IMG/VR virus record: IMGVR_UViG_3300037155_000096
Source: a virus
DNA length: 64,000 nt
Reading direction: 5' to 3' (one strand)
Shown here: piece after piece, positions 9,301 to 17,845 of the stretch
Layout: each line of letters begins with the position of its first letter
Position numbering within the stretch: position 1 is the stretch's first letter
The notes under the pieces: generated by a model
Database searches by the model: none
The model's input: the letters and a program-made list of their open reading frames with translations, nothing else
Told to the model about the DNA's origin: nothing
Program-made: the position numbers and the translations under genes

Positions 9301-10499
9301 ATCTGGTTAAGCTATTTGAAAATACGGTATTCCTATTGGGTGCTGGTGCATCACAAGATGCAGGTTGCCTGATGTCAAGTAGTATGCTTAATGAATTGAA
9401 CAAAGCGATAAACGATATTGCTTCTGATGATGTAGTATATGGGAGTTACAAGGAAGGATTCAAAGAACTTTACAGAGTGATAAAACCTTCCCTAGAATAT
9501 CAGGCAGAACTTAAAAGAATTATTGCGGATAAAAAAGATTTGTATTCACCGAACATTGAAGATTATATTCTAATACTCCGCAAAATACTGAATAAGGATT
9601 TGATAATTCCAGAACCACTTGTTGGAAGTTGGAGTGATAAACTTTTATTATTAGAAATAAAATATACAAATCTATGCAAGCAGTATTTGAATTTTATTTA
9701 TCACTGCGTCATAAAATGGCTAACACCGCCAAACTATAAAGCTGCAACTGATTTGTTGCTTCCTGTAAGAACTTTGCTTGAGCAAACAACTAATGAAGAA
9801 TATTATATCAATTTCTTCACACTGAATTATGATTTAATTTTTGAAAAGGTTTTTAATTCGGCAGAAGCAAAACCATTGAACAATGGTTTCTCAAACAATG
9901 TTTGGGACACTATAAGTTTTGATGTTGAACAAACAAAAATTAACTTGTATAAAATTCACGGTTCTTTGGACTGGTATTCAGAGGAGGATACTACTCATTC
10001 ACTTCCTGACTACGAAATTGCTTTCAATGCACTTCAACCAGATGAGAGAAAACCGCATTTGATTTTAGGATATGAAACAAAATTATTTTCAGTTGACCCA
10101 TTTTTCACCTTGCTACAAAAGTTCATTACAAAATTAAAAGAAGCAAATCTTGTTGTAGTCATCGGATATAGCTTCTTTGATGCTTACTTAAATAACTTGT
10201 TAATAAAGTTTCTGAACAGCAGTGAAAATAAAAAACTTTTTATTGTGGATCCCCACTTTTCTAATCAGGAAAATCCAGCAGAATCATTTACAGAATATTT
10301 GAAACTGATTCAGACAGACACTTCTTCATTGAACATTGACAACTACACAACATTACCATCCTCAAAAGTTTCATTTTTTGCTTCTGAGAATTCTAAAATG
10401 TCTGGAGCAAAGGAATTTTATACAGAGTTTTTTGAGAACAAATGTGAGAAGTTGAAAGCCATTTATGCTGAGTTAGCAAAACAAGATGAACCGTTCTAA
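9297..10499 (+). CDS. SIR2-like (SIR2_2) NAD+-consuming effector
   Basis: VFLLGAGASQDAG, FFTLNYDLIFE, LYKIHGSLDW, VVIGYSFFDAYLN; the ATG at 9297 overlaps the Argonaute stop (ATGA). Confidence 0.9.
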   Translation: MNLVKLFENTVFLLGAGASQDAGCLMSSSMLNELNKAINDIASDDVVYGSYKEGFKELYRVIKPSLEYQAELKRIIADKKDLYSPNIEDYILILRKILNKDLIIPEPLVGSWSDKLLLLEIKYTNLCKQYLNFIYHCVIKWLTPPNYKAATDLLLPVRTLLEQTTNEEYYINFFTLNYDLIFEKVFNSAEAKPLNNGFSNNVWDTISFDVEQTKINLYKIHGSLDWYSEEDTTHSLPDYEIAFNALQPDERKPHLILGYETKLFSVDPFFTLLQKFITKLKEANLVVVIGYSFFDAYLNNLLIKFLNSSENKKLFIVDPHFSNQENPAESFTEYLKLIQTDTSSLNIDNYTTLPSSKVSFFASENSKMSGAKEFYTEFFENKCEKLKAIYAELAKQDEPF

Positions 10500-10677
10500 T
10501 GCCAACACACAACAAAATACACTCTTCCAATTCGCACAAGCCAGTCTTAGGGCATTTGGCGGATATGTTTTATACTCAGTATATTGACAGACTCTGGATT
10601 GTCGCAAATCGTAAACATATAAGACTCCTTGATTGTTAATTAACAAGGTTCTTATGCCGAATACTACAATTAGAATA

Positions 10678-12120
10678 TTAGTTTATTTGATTTTCTTGAA
10701 GAAAAAACGAAAAATTATATGGCGGTTGATTTTGAGAATAAAGTTTCAGTAACTCCAGTTTCTCAGAATGGGAAATCTCGGTTAAGCGATAAAGTTCATT
10801 AAAGGTCAGTGTAATGTGGTTAGATAATTCAATGTTTCGAGGATATACTTTGCACACTCGCATTAAAATATCAAACCGTGAAGAAAAATACCAATTAGCA
10901 CAAATTGCTTGTAATGTTTCTTCGAATACCAATAGTACAGGATGGATCTTATATTTTATATCGGGATTTAATGAAGCAACTGAATAAAAGGTTTTGGGTT
11001 CATTGTTAATCCTGTCTATCTTTTTTACTTGTTGCATAACGCCTTCTTTCAAAACGAACCTATCATTCAACTTCTGATAAAATTGTACAATATCATCTTC
11101 ATATAATGTTGCGAGGTTAAGGCATGTAGACTTTATCTCAAATAAATAGATATCAGTACCTTGGACTAAACCCATATCCCCATACTCATAGGATTTTGTA
11201 GCTATTTTAATCTCCTTTATTGAGTCAGAGATAAAAATACTTCTTATTAAGTCTTTTATCACAGGCTCAACAATATCAATTCCAAATTTTGGTTTGAACT
11301 CAATTGGAAAGGATTGGAATAATTCTGAATAAACTAATCGGAATGTCATGTCAAATAGGTTATTAAAATCTGTTGGAATTAAATCATTATTTATTTTTAT
11401 CAAAGGATATTTTTTCATGAAAAATAAATCTTGTGGAGGGTTAATCTTCTGCTTTCTTAGTGTCCATTCCTTATGTAGATCATCCTCTTTTATTGCAGCG
11501 AATCTTTCTAATAGATTAAAAATAGTTTTACTCGAATGTTTTTTTAATTCGTCACAAAGATCATCTAGCTTAATTCCATATTTATCGAAAATAATCGAAT
11601 TATAGGAAGAATCTTCAAGAGCTTTTATTTTCTCATTGAATTTATTGAAGAGATCAAAAGTCCCTCTTAAATCTGAATTCACCTGGGTAAATTGTATTGA
11701 TTTAATACTACTATATAATAATTTTTTCCCTGTGGATTGATTTTTTTGTGTGAGTTCTAAATCCGCTAATACTTGATTTATAAAAATAAACAATAAAAAT
11801 GTAAGGTAAGGATTGAATTCTTTAGCTGCCGAAAAAGAATCAGGTGGAATTGAACTTAAATATTGAAAGCATGCATTCATTGCTTGCTTATGGAATACGA
11901 TTATATTTCTATTTATTGGGATATTTAGAATCTCATATTGGATTTCCAAAATATCTTCAAGATCTCCTGCTACTGCAAACTTATTAGCTAAATGACCAAG
12001 AAAACGAACCCATTGTTCCCTGCTATTGCTCATTAAGATATTATTAATATTGTCATGACAGCACTGAACACTAACATTTTTCCCAAATTCATCATGATAG
12101 GTGTAATATTTTTTTATCAT
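10678..12120 (-). CDS. Hypothetical protein with a C-terminal PD-(D/E)xK nuclease-like motif
   Basis: YGDMGLVQGTDIYLFEIKS fits D...E-x-K; 480 aa; very AT-rich. Confidence 0.55.
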   Translation of the reverse strand: MIKKYYTYHDEFGKNVSVQCCHDNINNILMSNSREQWVRFLGHLANKFAVAGDLEDILEIQYEILNIPINRNIIVFHKQAMNACFQYLSSIPPDSFSAAKEFNPYLTFLLFIFINQVLADLELTQKNQSTGKKLLYSSIKSIQFTQVNSDLRGTFDLFNKFNEKIKALEDSSYNSIIFDKYGIKLDDLCDELKKHSSKTIFNLLERFAAIKEDDLHKEWTLRKQKINPPQDLFFMKKYPLIKINNDLIPTDFNNLFDMTFRLVYSELFQSFPIEFKPKFGIDIVEPVIKDLIRSIFISDSIKEIKIATKSYEYGDMGLVQGTDIYLFEIKSTCLNLATLYEDDIVQFYQKLNDRFVLKEGVMQQVKKIDRINNEPKTFYSVASLNPDIKYKIHPVLLVFEETLQAICANWYFSSRFDILMRVCKVYPRNIELSNHITLTFNELYRLTEISHSEKLELLKLYSQNQPPYNFSFFLQENQIN

Positions 12121-12245
12121 ATGATTTACTCTGTTTTGAACAGTTCTATCCTTAACTATGATAGTAAAAATATAACATTATTTTGAATTCGAAGAATTTG
12201 CTTTGAAAAAATTATCTGCACAACAAAACTGCCCCTGCTTTCGAA

Positions 12246-12338
12246 CGACTAGTTCTGGGGCACGCGGATATTAAGACAACAGAAATTTATACTCACCTTC
12301 AGGAGAATAATTTAAGTGATTCCGTAAATTTACTATAA
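12246..12338 (+). pseudogene. C-terminal stump of a tyrosine recombinase/integrase
   Basis: Translates RLVLGHADIKTTEIYTHLQENNLSDSVNLL*, i.e. the LGH-x3-TT-x-Y motif with the catalytic Tyr; in-frame stop about 40 nt upstream and no start codon. Confidence 0.8.
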
Positions 12339-12340
12339 GT

Positions 12341-12736
12341 TTAATAATCCCAAAAAACAGTTACTGCAAGATTCGGGTATTTATCAAATGTAAACTGCTT
12401 TGGTATATAGATATCAACAATTGCTTTGTTTTTGTTCCAATCAACAGTATCATACCTATATGTATGGGAATGATCCGAAGTGAATTTCATATTTTCTTTA
12501 ATAGGTTGTAATGCTCTTGCTGGGTTAATCCCGAGCTCTATATTTGTCCAATACTGTATAGTATCATGTTTACCTTTCGCTATTCTAACAGTAATAAATT
12601 TAGGTGTTGGTGTGGGTACTCTCCATTTAAGTATGTAGACATAATCAGTTCTTTTTCCAACAGTAATAGTCCACTTATAAGTATTATCAGTATCACTATC
12701 ATATTTTAACTGGTAGGACAATTCATTTGGCATCAT
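12341..12736 (-). CDS. Hypothetical beta-rich protein
   Basis: 131-aa ORF; no motif recognised. Confidence 0.5.
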   Translation of the reverse strand: MMPNELSYQLKYDSDTDNTYKWTITVGKRTDYVYILKWRVPTPTPKFITVRIAKGKHDTIQYWTNIELGINPARALQPIKENMKFTSDHSHTYRYDTVDWNKNKAIVDIYIPKQFTFDKYPNLAVTVFWDY

Positions 12737-12984
12737 TTATCCTTTTATTAAAATTTATATGGAGTTAATAATGGAAACGTTTTTTAATCTTTTGAAATAA
12801 ACTCTAATGTTGATTTTAAAATACATAATACGTTCTCAATTATCCACCCAACTTTATAAGCAACAACAAGTTATAAATCTTCCTTATCAATAATAATAGT
12901 GGATTAAAACGTCCTCTTTTTGTAATTTACTTCCAATTTAAAGCCTATATTCGGAAACAGAGCGCTAATTTTGATACCTATACC

Positions 12985-13140
12985 ATGAATATCTTCAAGA
13001 TACATGAAGACATCATCTCTGATTACTCCAGCTATATTTCAAGTTTCCTTGATATTTCCGATGAAAAAATAAATGCAAGGGCTAAATATTTTTTTAAGGG
13101 TAGTTCGAATTGCAGTTATAATAATAAATATATTCTGTGA
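12985..13140 (+). pseudogene. N-terminal stump resembling large DEAD/DEAH-box (DUF1998-associated) defence helicases
   Basis: MNIFKIHEDIISDYSSYISSFLDISDEKINARAK resembles the recalled N-terminus of that family, then ends after 51 aa; its stop overlaps the GTG of the next gene. Confidence 0.5.
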
Positions 13141-13865
13141 AGAAATTTAAAACTATACATACAAGTAGAACAATGATGTTCGCTGAACTGTCAAAGGTGA
13201 TGGACTATTCTATCGACAGTGATAATTTTTTTGAATCCCTAGGTCATAATGTTACCGGTAAGAAATCCAATTCAGGTGTTGAAAAAACTGCTAATTATTT
13301 AAAAAGATTGTATGGCTTTGACATCAACAATCAATCATTTATTGCATTCAAATATTTTTGGAAAATAACAGAGACATCAGATAAACCGTTACTTGCATTT
13401 ATTTATGCTATTAACTTTGATGATCTTCTTGCAGAAAGTTTAAATGTAATTCATAAAACTAAAGCTGATGAAAAAGCAACAATAGAATCTTTTGAAGAAA
13501 ATATTGAAAAGTACCACCCCAACCAATATTCGGAAAAAACTAGACGATCAATGGCTCAAAATATTGCAAGTTCTTGGAAACAAGCTGGTTTTATTGAAGG
13601 TAAAGTAAAAAATATCAGGACTCAACCAGAGATAAAGTATTTGGTAGCTTGTTTTGCATTTTTATTGGCTTATTTAAAGGGCGACAGGGGCGAGTTCATT
13701 TGGAATAGTATCGGAGTAAAGGCTGTTTGCTTTAATGAAAACCGGGCTAGAGAATTGGCAATTGAATGTGCAAAAAGAGATTTAATGCAATATCAGTTTG
13801 CCGGTAGCGTAACAGTCATCTCATTTAATAACTTAATAAATAAAATCGGAATAGATGCCATCTAA
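13137..13865 (+). CDS. brxA: BREX BrxA-like protein (putative)
   Basis: First gene of the operon, in the brxA position; helical 242-aa protein overlapping brxB. Assignment is mainly by position. Confidence 0.55.
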   Translation: MKKFKTIHTSRTMMFAELSKVMDYSIDSDNFFESLGHNVTGKKSNSGVEKTANYLKRLYGFDINNQSFIAFKYFWKITETSDKPLLAFIYAINFDDLLAESLNVIHKTKADEKATIESFEENIEKYHPNQYSEKTRRSMAQNIASSWKQAGFIEGKVKNIRTQPEIKYLVACFAFLLAYLKGDRGEFIWNSIGVKAVCFNENRARELAIECAKRDLMQYQFAGSVTVISFNNLINKIGIDAI

Positions 13866-14400
13866 AATAGATCAACTTTTAGAAGCCTTTGAAAAGGTAG
13901 TAAAAGAACCCTGGTCATCTGCTTTGTCAGGCCAGGAACGGATTTGGTTTTTGGTATATGACCCAGCAGAGCAACGCAAAGTTGATTTGCGAATGGGTGA
14001 TTTTGAAACCGCTACCTTGAAATCAGGGAAAAAATGGAATAGCATATCACTGAAACTTTGCTTCCCTAGCTGGATGGCTAATCATGAATATAAAGAGGAT
14101 TATTTCAGCAACCCTGAGTATATAGTGGACCAGTTGGAAGCTGAGTTTATTCCTTATGCAATTCAGTATTTAAAGAATGAGTTAAATAAAATTGAACAAG
14201 ATCAAGATACACTTATTGCCATTAAAGATGTATCTGCCCTATTTGGTTTTGTACGACTTTCTGAAATACTCAAGAGTTGCGACAAAGAATTTAAAGGACG
14301 TATGCTCATCTTTTTTCCGGGTGAATTTGAACACAACCATTACCGTCTGCTGGATGCCAGAGATGGATGGGATTATTTAGCAAGACCTATAACACTATAA
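13855..14400 (+). CDS. brxB: BREX BrxB (DUF1788)
   Basis: WFLVYDP..., LFGFVRLS, LIFFPGE...YRLLDARDGWDYLARPI; lies before brxC. Confidence 0.8.
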   Translation: MPSKIDQLLEAFEKVVKEPWSSALSGQERIWFLVYDPAEQRKVDLRMGDFETATLKSGKKWNSISLKLCFPSWMANHEYKEDYFSNPEYIVDQLEAEFIPYAIQYLKNELNKIEQDQDTLIAIKDVSALFGFVRLSEILKSCDKEFKGRMLIFFPGEFEHNHYRLLDARDGWDYLARPITL

Positions 14401-14410
14401 AAGAAGTAAA

Positions 14411-17400
14411 ATGAAAAATAAAGAACTTTTTACCCTGAATCCAGAGCAAGTAAACCTTAAGAACGAAGGTGTTGCAAAGATCAGGACCATCAATGAAAAG
14501 GAAGATCTTTCAATTGCAGAATATGAATTAAAAACCTTTGTCTGTGAAGGAGAATACCATGATGGTTTGAAAAAAATGTTGGAATACTATCTTCAAAATT
14601 ATAACAGTCCTGAACAACCAGGATTTTGGGTTAGTGGATTTTATGGTAGTGGAAAATCGCATCTTGTTAAAATGGCTAGTTACCTGTGGGATGATTTTGA
14701 GTTCCCAAATGGTAATACTGCTAGAAATATTAAGCCTTTACCACAGGACATTCAGGATTTATTTGTTGAAATAAATTTTAAGCAAAAAATTCAGGGTAAG
14801 CTATCAATTGCAGGTACTCTTCGTGATTTTCCATCTAAGGATATTCGTTATTCATTTTTGCAGATATTTCTTAATTCATTTGGTTTACCCCAACAATACC
14901 ATCATTTCAAGTTTGTTTACTGGGCAAAGAAAGAGGGAATTTATGATGGATTAAAAGCCTTGGTTGAAGCTGCAGGAAAAGACTTTAAAAAGGAAATTGA
15001 AAACCTGTTTGTTTCATCTACACTTTCCAAAGCAGTGCTTGCACTCATGCCTGAAATGGCCGAAAATGAGATGAAAATAAAAGAACTTTTTAAAGCTCAA
15101 TTTCCAAGAGTGGAAACTATTGGACGCGACGATTTTGTAAATACTATCCGAGAAGAAATACTTCCGCTTGCTTGTGGTGATAAAATTCCTTGTACTATTA
15201 TCATATTGGATGAGGTGCAACAGTTCATTGGCCAGGATAGCAACTTGGCTTTTGATGTCCAGCTATTAGCAGAAGATCTGTGCTCAAGATTTGATGGTAA
15301 ATTCCTTCTAGTAGGCACAGGTCAAAGTGCTTTAACGGATACTCCAATACTGCAAAAATTAATGGCTCGGTTTAGAGTTCCAATTCAACTTACAGATACA
15401 GATATTCAGAAAGTAATTAGAAAAACAATTTTAGATAAAAAGCCTACTGCTGTTCCGATTCTTAAAATTAAACTAGATGGCTCCTCGGGTGAAATATCAA
15501 GAAGTTTAGAAGGGACAATATTTGGTTACATTGCAGAGGACAAAAACACCTTAATAGCCGATTATCCCTTATTGCCATCAACACGTAAATTATGGAAAAA
15601 GTTATTACAGGTAATTGATACTGCTGGCACGATGGGTCAACTCAGAAATCAATTAAGAATTGTTGATGATAGTCTAAAATCTATTGCCAATTTAGAAGTT
15701 GGCCAAATTGTTCCGGCTGATTTTATGTTTTTTCAAAATACTACGCAATTAATGCAGGCGGGTTTGTTGTCAAATGATACCAATAATCTTATTCAGGGAA
15801 GAAAAGCCAGGAGTGGAGATGTTGAAATTGAAGGCAGAATATTAAGCGCAGTTTTCCTTTTGGACCAAATCATTTCCAATATTCCGGATACTGGTTTAAA
15901 ATCAAACGAAAATACAATTGCCGATTTGTTGATCGATAATCTGAATGTGAACTCTGATTCTTTTCGTATCAGGATAAAAGGCTTGATTAAAAAGTTGGTT
16001 GAGGAAAAGGCACTAATGCCCATCAGTGACGAGTACAAACTACAAACAAAAATTGGCGCTGAATGGGAACAGGAGTTCACCAAACAATACATAAAACTAA
16101 ACAACTCTGGGGACGATCAGATTCAAAGTTTGCGAAGAGAAAAGATAGTGGCTCTCTTTAAAGACAAAACCAAAGCCATAAGTGTTAAACAGGGAACCTC
16201 CCGAATGGTACGTGAATTTGAACTATGGGACAAAGACACTTTGCCTAATACCGAACATAAACTAAATCTATGGATTCGTGATGGTTGGTTTGAGAATGAA
16301 ACGACTGTGTTAAATGAAATCCGTGCTGCTGGAAATAATGCATCACTAGCTTATGCCTTTGTTAGAAAATTCCGTGACTCTGAACTAAGAACAGAAATCA
16401 TTAAATATTTAGCTGCCGGTTTGGCTATTAATGCGATGGGATTGCCTTCAACACCTGAAGGCGAACAAGCCAAAAAAAGTATGGAAACCCGTCAGTTGCA
16501 GGCAAAAAATGTCATGCAGGAATTGGTAGAAAAAATATGCGATGAAACCACTGTTTTTCTTGCAGGTGGTAACACCGTGCAAGTCGGTACATTAAAAGAC
16601 AATATTCAAGAAGCCCTCAACAGCATTGCTGACCGTCAGTTCCCAGACTTTAAGGCCAAGGCAGACTTTTTAAATTGGGGTCAGGCCTTAACTAAAGCCT
16701 TAGCTGGTAATCCCGATGCATTGAATGTTATCAGTTATAATGGAGATGTTGACAAACATCCGGTATCTGTTGAAATATTGCGGTTTATAGGTAACTCAAC
16801 TAAAACTGGCAAAGACATTCGCAGCCAATTTATGAAAGCTACATACGGATGGAGTCAGGATGCTATTGATACAATCCTGATAATGTTAAAAAACATGCAA
16901 TATATTTCCACCAACGAAACCGATTTAAAAGTTGCCAAAATTAACCAGGCTACCTTTAAAAAAGAAATACACATATTGGGAGCCAAAGAAAAAATCACTA
17001 TACGCAAACTCTTTCAGGATGCTGGTATAACTTGCCCTCCAAACCATGAAATATTTCCTTATTCCAACGAATACCTAGACAGGCTCAAAACCCTTGCTGC
17101 TAAAGTAAGTGGTGAAGCTCCTCGTCCAGAGACCATCAATATAGATTTTATTAAAGATATTGAAAATAAAGAAGGGAATGAAAGACTATTGGAAATACTC
17201 CAACAAACGGTTGACTTACAGGCAAAGTTTAGTGATTGGAGCGCAAAAGCAAAACTGATAGGCTCAAGAGAGCTTTTATGGAATGTACTGATTGAGTTAG
17301 TCAACCATGCCCCTGACGAACCTGAAATAGAGCCAATAAAAACGGAAACCAATGCCATTCGGGATAACAGATTATTACTTCAGGAACCTGATCCTATTCA

Positions 17401-17845
17401 ACCTATATTAAATGCGATAACTGAAAAGTTAGTAGGTATTCTGAACAACAGAAAGCAACAGTACAATACTCTATACGATCAAAAAATGTTTGACCTGCAA
17501 GCAAATGAATATTTCAAAAAACTAATCCCCGACCAGAAGCATAGCATTTTGGCAAAACACCAATTACTTATAAAGCCCGAAATAAAAGTCTTGGACGCAC
17601 ATGCTCTACTTAATCAATTACAAAAAGCATCCTTATATACCTGGGATACTAAAATAGCCGCCTTGTCTGGTCAGTTTCAATCGGCTTTGGAAGATGCTAT
17701 ATTATTGTCTGCACCACAGGCAAAAACATATAGTCTTCCTCGTAAAACCATCAATAACCAAGCAGACATTGATGCTTATGTGTCTGATTTAAAATCCAAT
17801 TTAGAAGTCCTATTAAAAGAATCAAGTTCAATAATATTAAAGTAA
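14411..17845 (+). CDS. brxC: BREX P-loop ATPase BrxC
   Basis: Walker A FWVSGFYGSGKSH, Walker B IIILDEVQQFIG; 1144 aa. Confidence 0.9.
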   Translation: MKNKELFTLNPEQVNLKNEGVAKIRTINEKEDLSIAEYELKTFVCEGEYHDGLKKMLEYYLQNYNSPEQPGFWVSGFYGSGKSHLVKMASYLWDDFEFPNGNTARNIKPLPQDIQDLFVEINFKQKIQGKLSIAGTLRDFPSKDIRYSFLQIFLNSFGLPQQYHHFKFVYWAKKEGIYDGLKALVEAAGKDFKKEIENLFVSSTLSKAVLALMPEMAENEMKIKELFKAQFPRVETIGRDDFVNTIREEILPLACGDKIPCTIIILDEVQQFIGQDSNLAFDVQLLAEDLCSRFDGKFLLVGTGQSALTDTPILQKLMARFRVPIQLTDTDIQKVIRKTILDKKPTAVPILKIKLDGSSGEISRSLEGTIFGYIAEDKNTLIADYPLLPSTRKLWKKLLQVIDTAGTMGQLRNQLRIVDDSLKSIANLEVGQIVPADFMFFQNTTQLMQAGLLSNDTNNLIQGRKARSGDVEIEGRILSAVFLLDQIISNIPDTGLKSNENTIADLLIDNLNVNSDSFRIRIKGLIKKLVEEKALMPISDEYKLQTKIGAEWEQEFTKQYIKLNNSGDDQIQSLRREKIVALFKDKTKAISVKQGTSRMVREFELWDKDTLPNTEHKLNLWIRDGWFENETTVLNEIRAAGNNASLAYAFVRKFRDSELRTEIIKYLAAGLAINAMGLPSTPEGEQAKKSMETRQLQAKNVMQELVEKICDETTVFLAGGNTVQVGTLKDNIQEALNSIADRQFPDFKAKADFLNWGQALTKALAGNPDALNVISYNGDVDKHPVSVEILRFIGNSTKTGKDIRSQFMKATYGWSQDAIDTILIMLKNMQYISTNETDLKVAKINQATFKKEIHILGAKEKITIRKLFQDAGITCPPNHEIFPYSNEYLDRLKTLAAKVSGEAPRPETINIDFIKDIENKEGNERLLEILQQTVDLQAKFSDWSAKAKLIGSRELLWNVLIELVNHAPDEPEIEPIKTETNAIRDNRLLLQEPDPIQPILNAITEKLVGILNNRKQQYNTLYDQKMFDLQANEYFKKLIPDQKHSILAKHQLLIKPEIKVLDAHALLNQLQKASLYTWDTKIAALSGQFQSALEDAILLSAPQAKTYSLPRKTINNQADIDAYVSDLKSNLEVLLKESSSIILK

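Noticed and set aside
7294-10499. Calling the locus a short-pAgo SPARSA system
   Set aside because: The Ago is 668 aa with a long N-terminal region, and SIR2 lies downstream as a separate gene with no APAZ that I could recognise.
10500-10670. Integron attC-like site after the SIR2 gene, and palindrome TTGTTAATTAACAA (10633-10646)
   Set aside because: No canonical RYYYAAC/GTTRRRY pairing could be built; the palindrome is short, AT-only apart from two bases, and fits a terminator between convergent genes.
12966-12973. Bacteroidetes-type -7 promoter TAATTTTG upstream of the helicase stump
   Set aside because: No TTTG -33 element at the expected spacing; the motif is common in AT-rich DNA.
12740-13140. 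BrxR/WYL regulator upstream of BREX
   Set aside because: No ORF of suitable size or motif is present.
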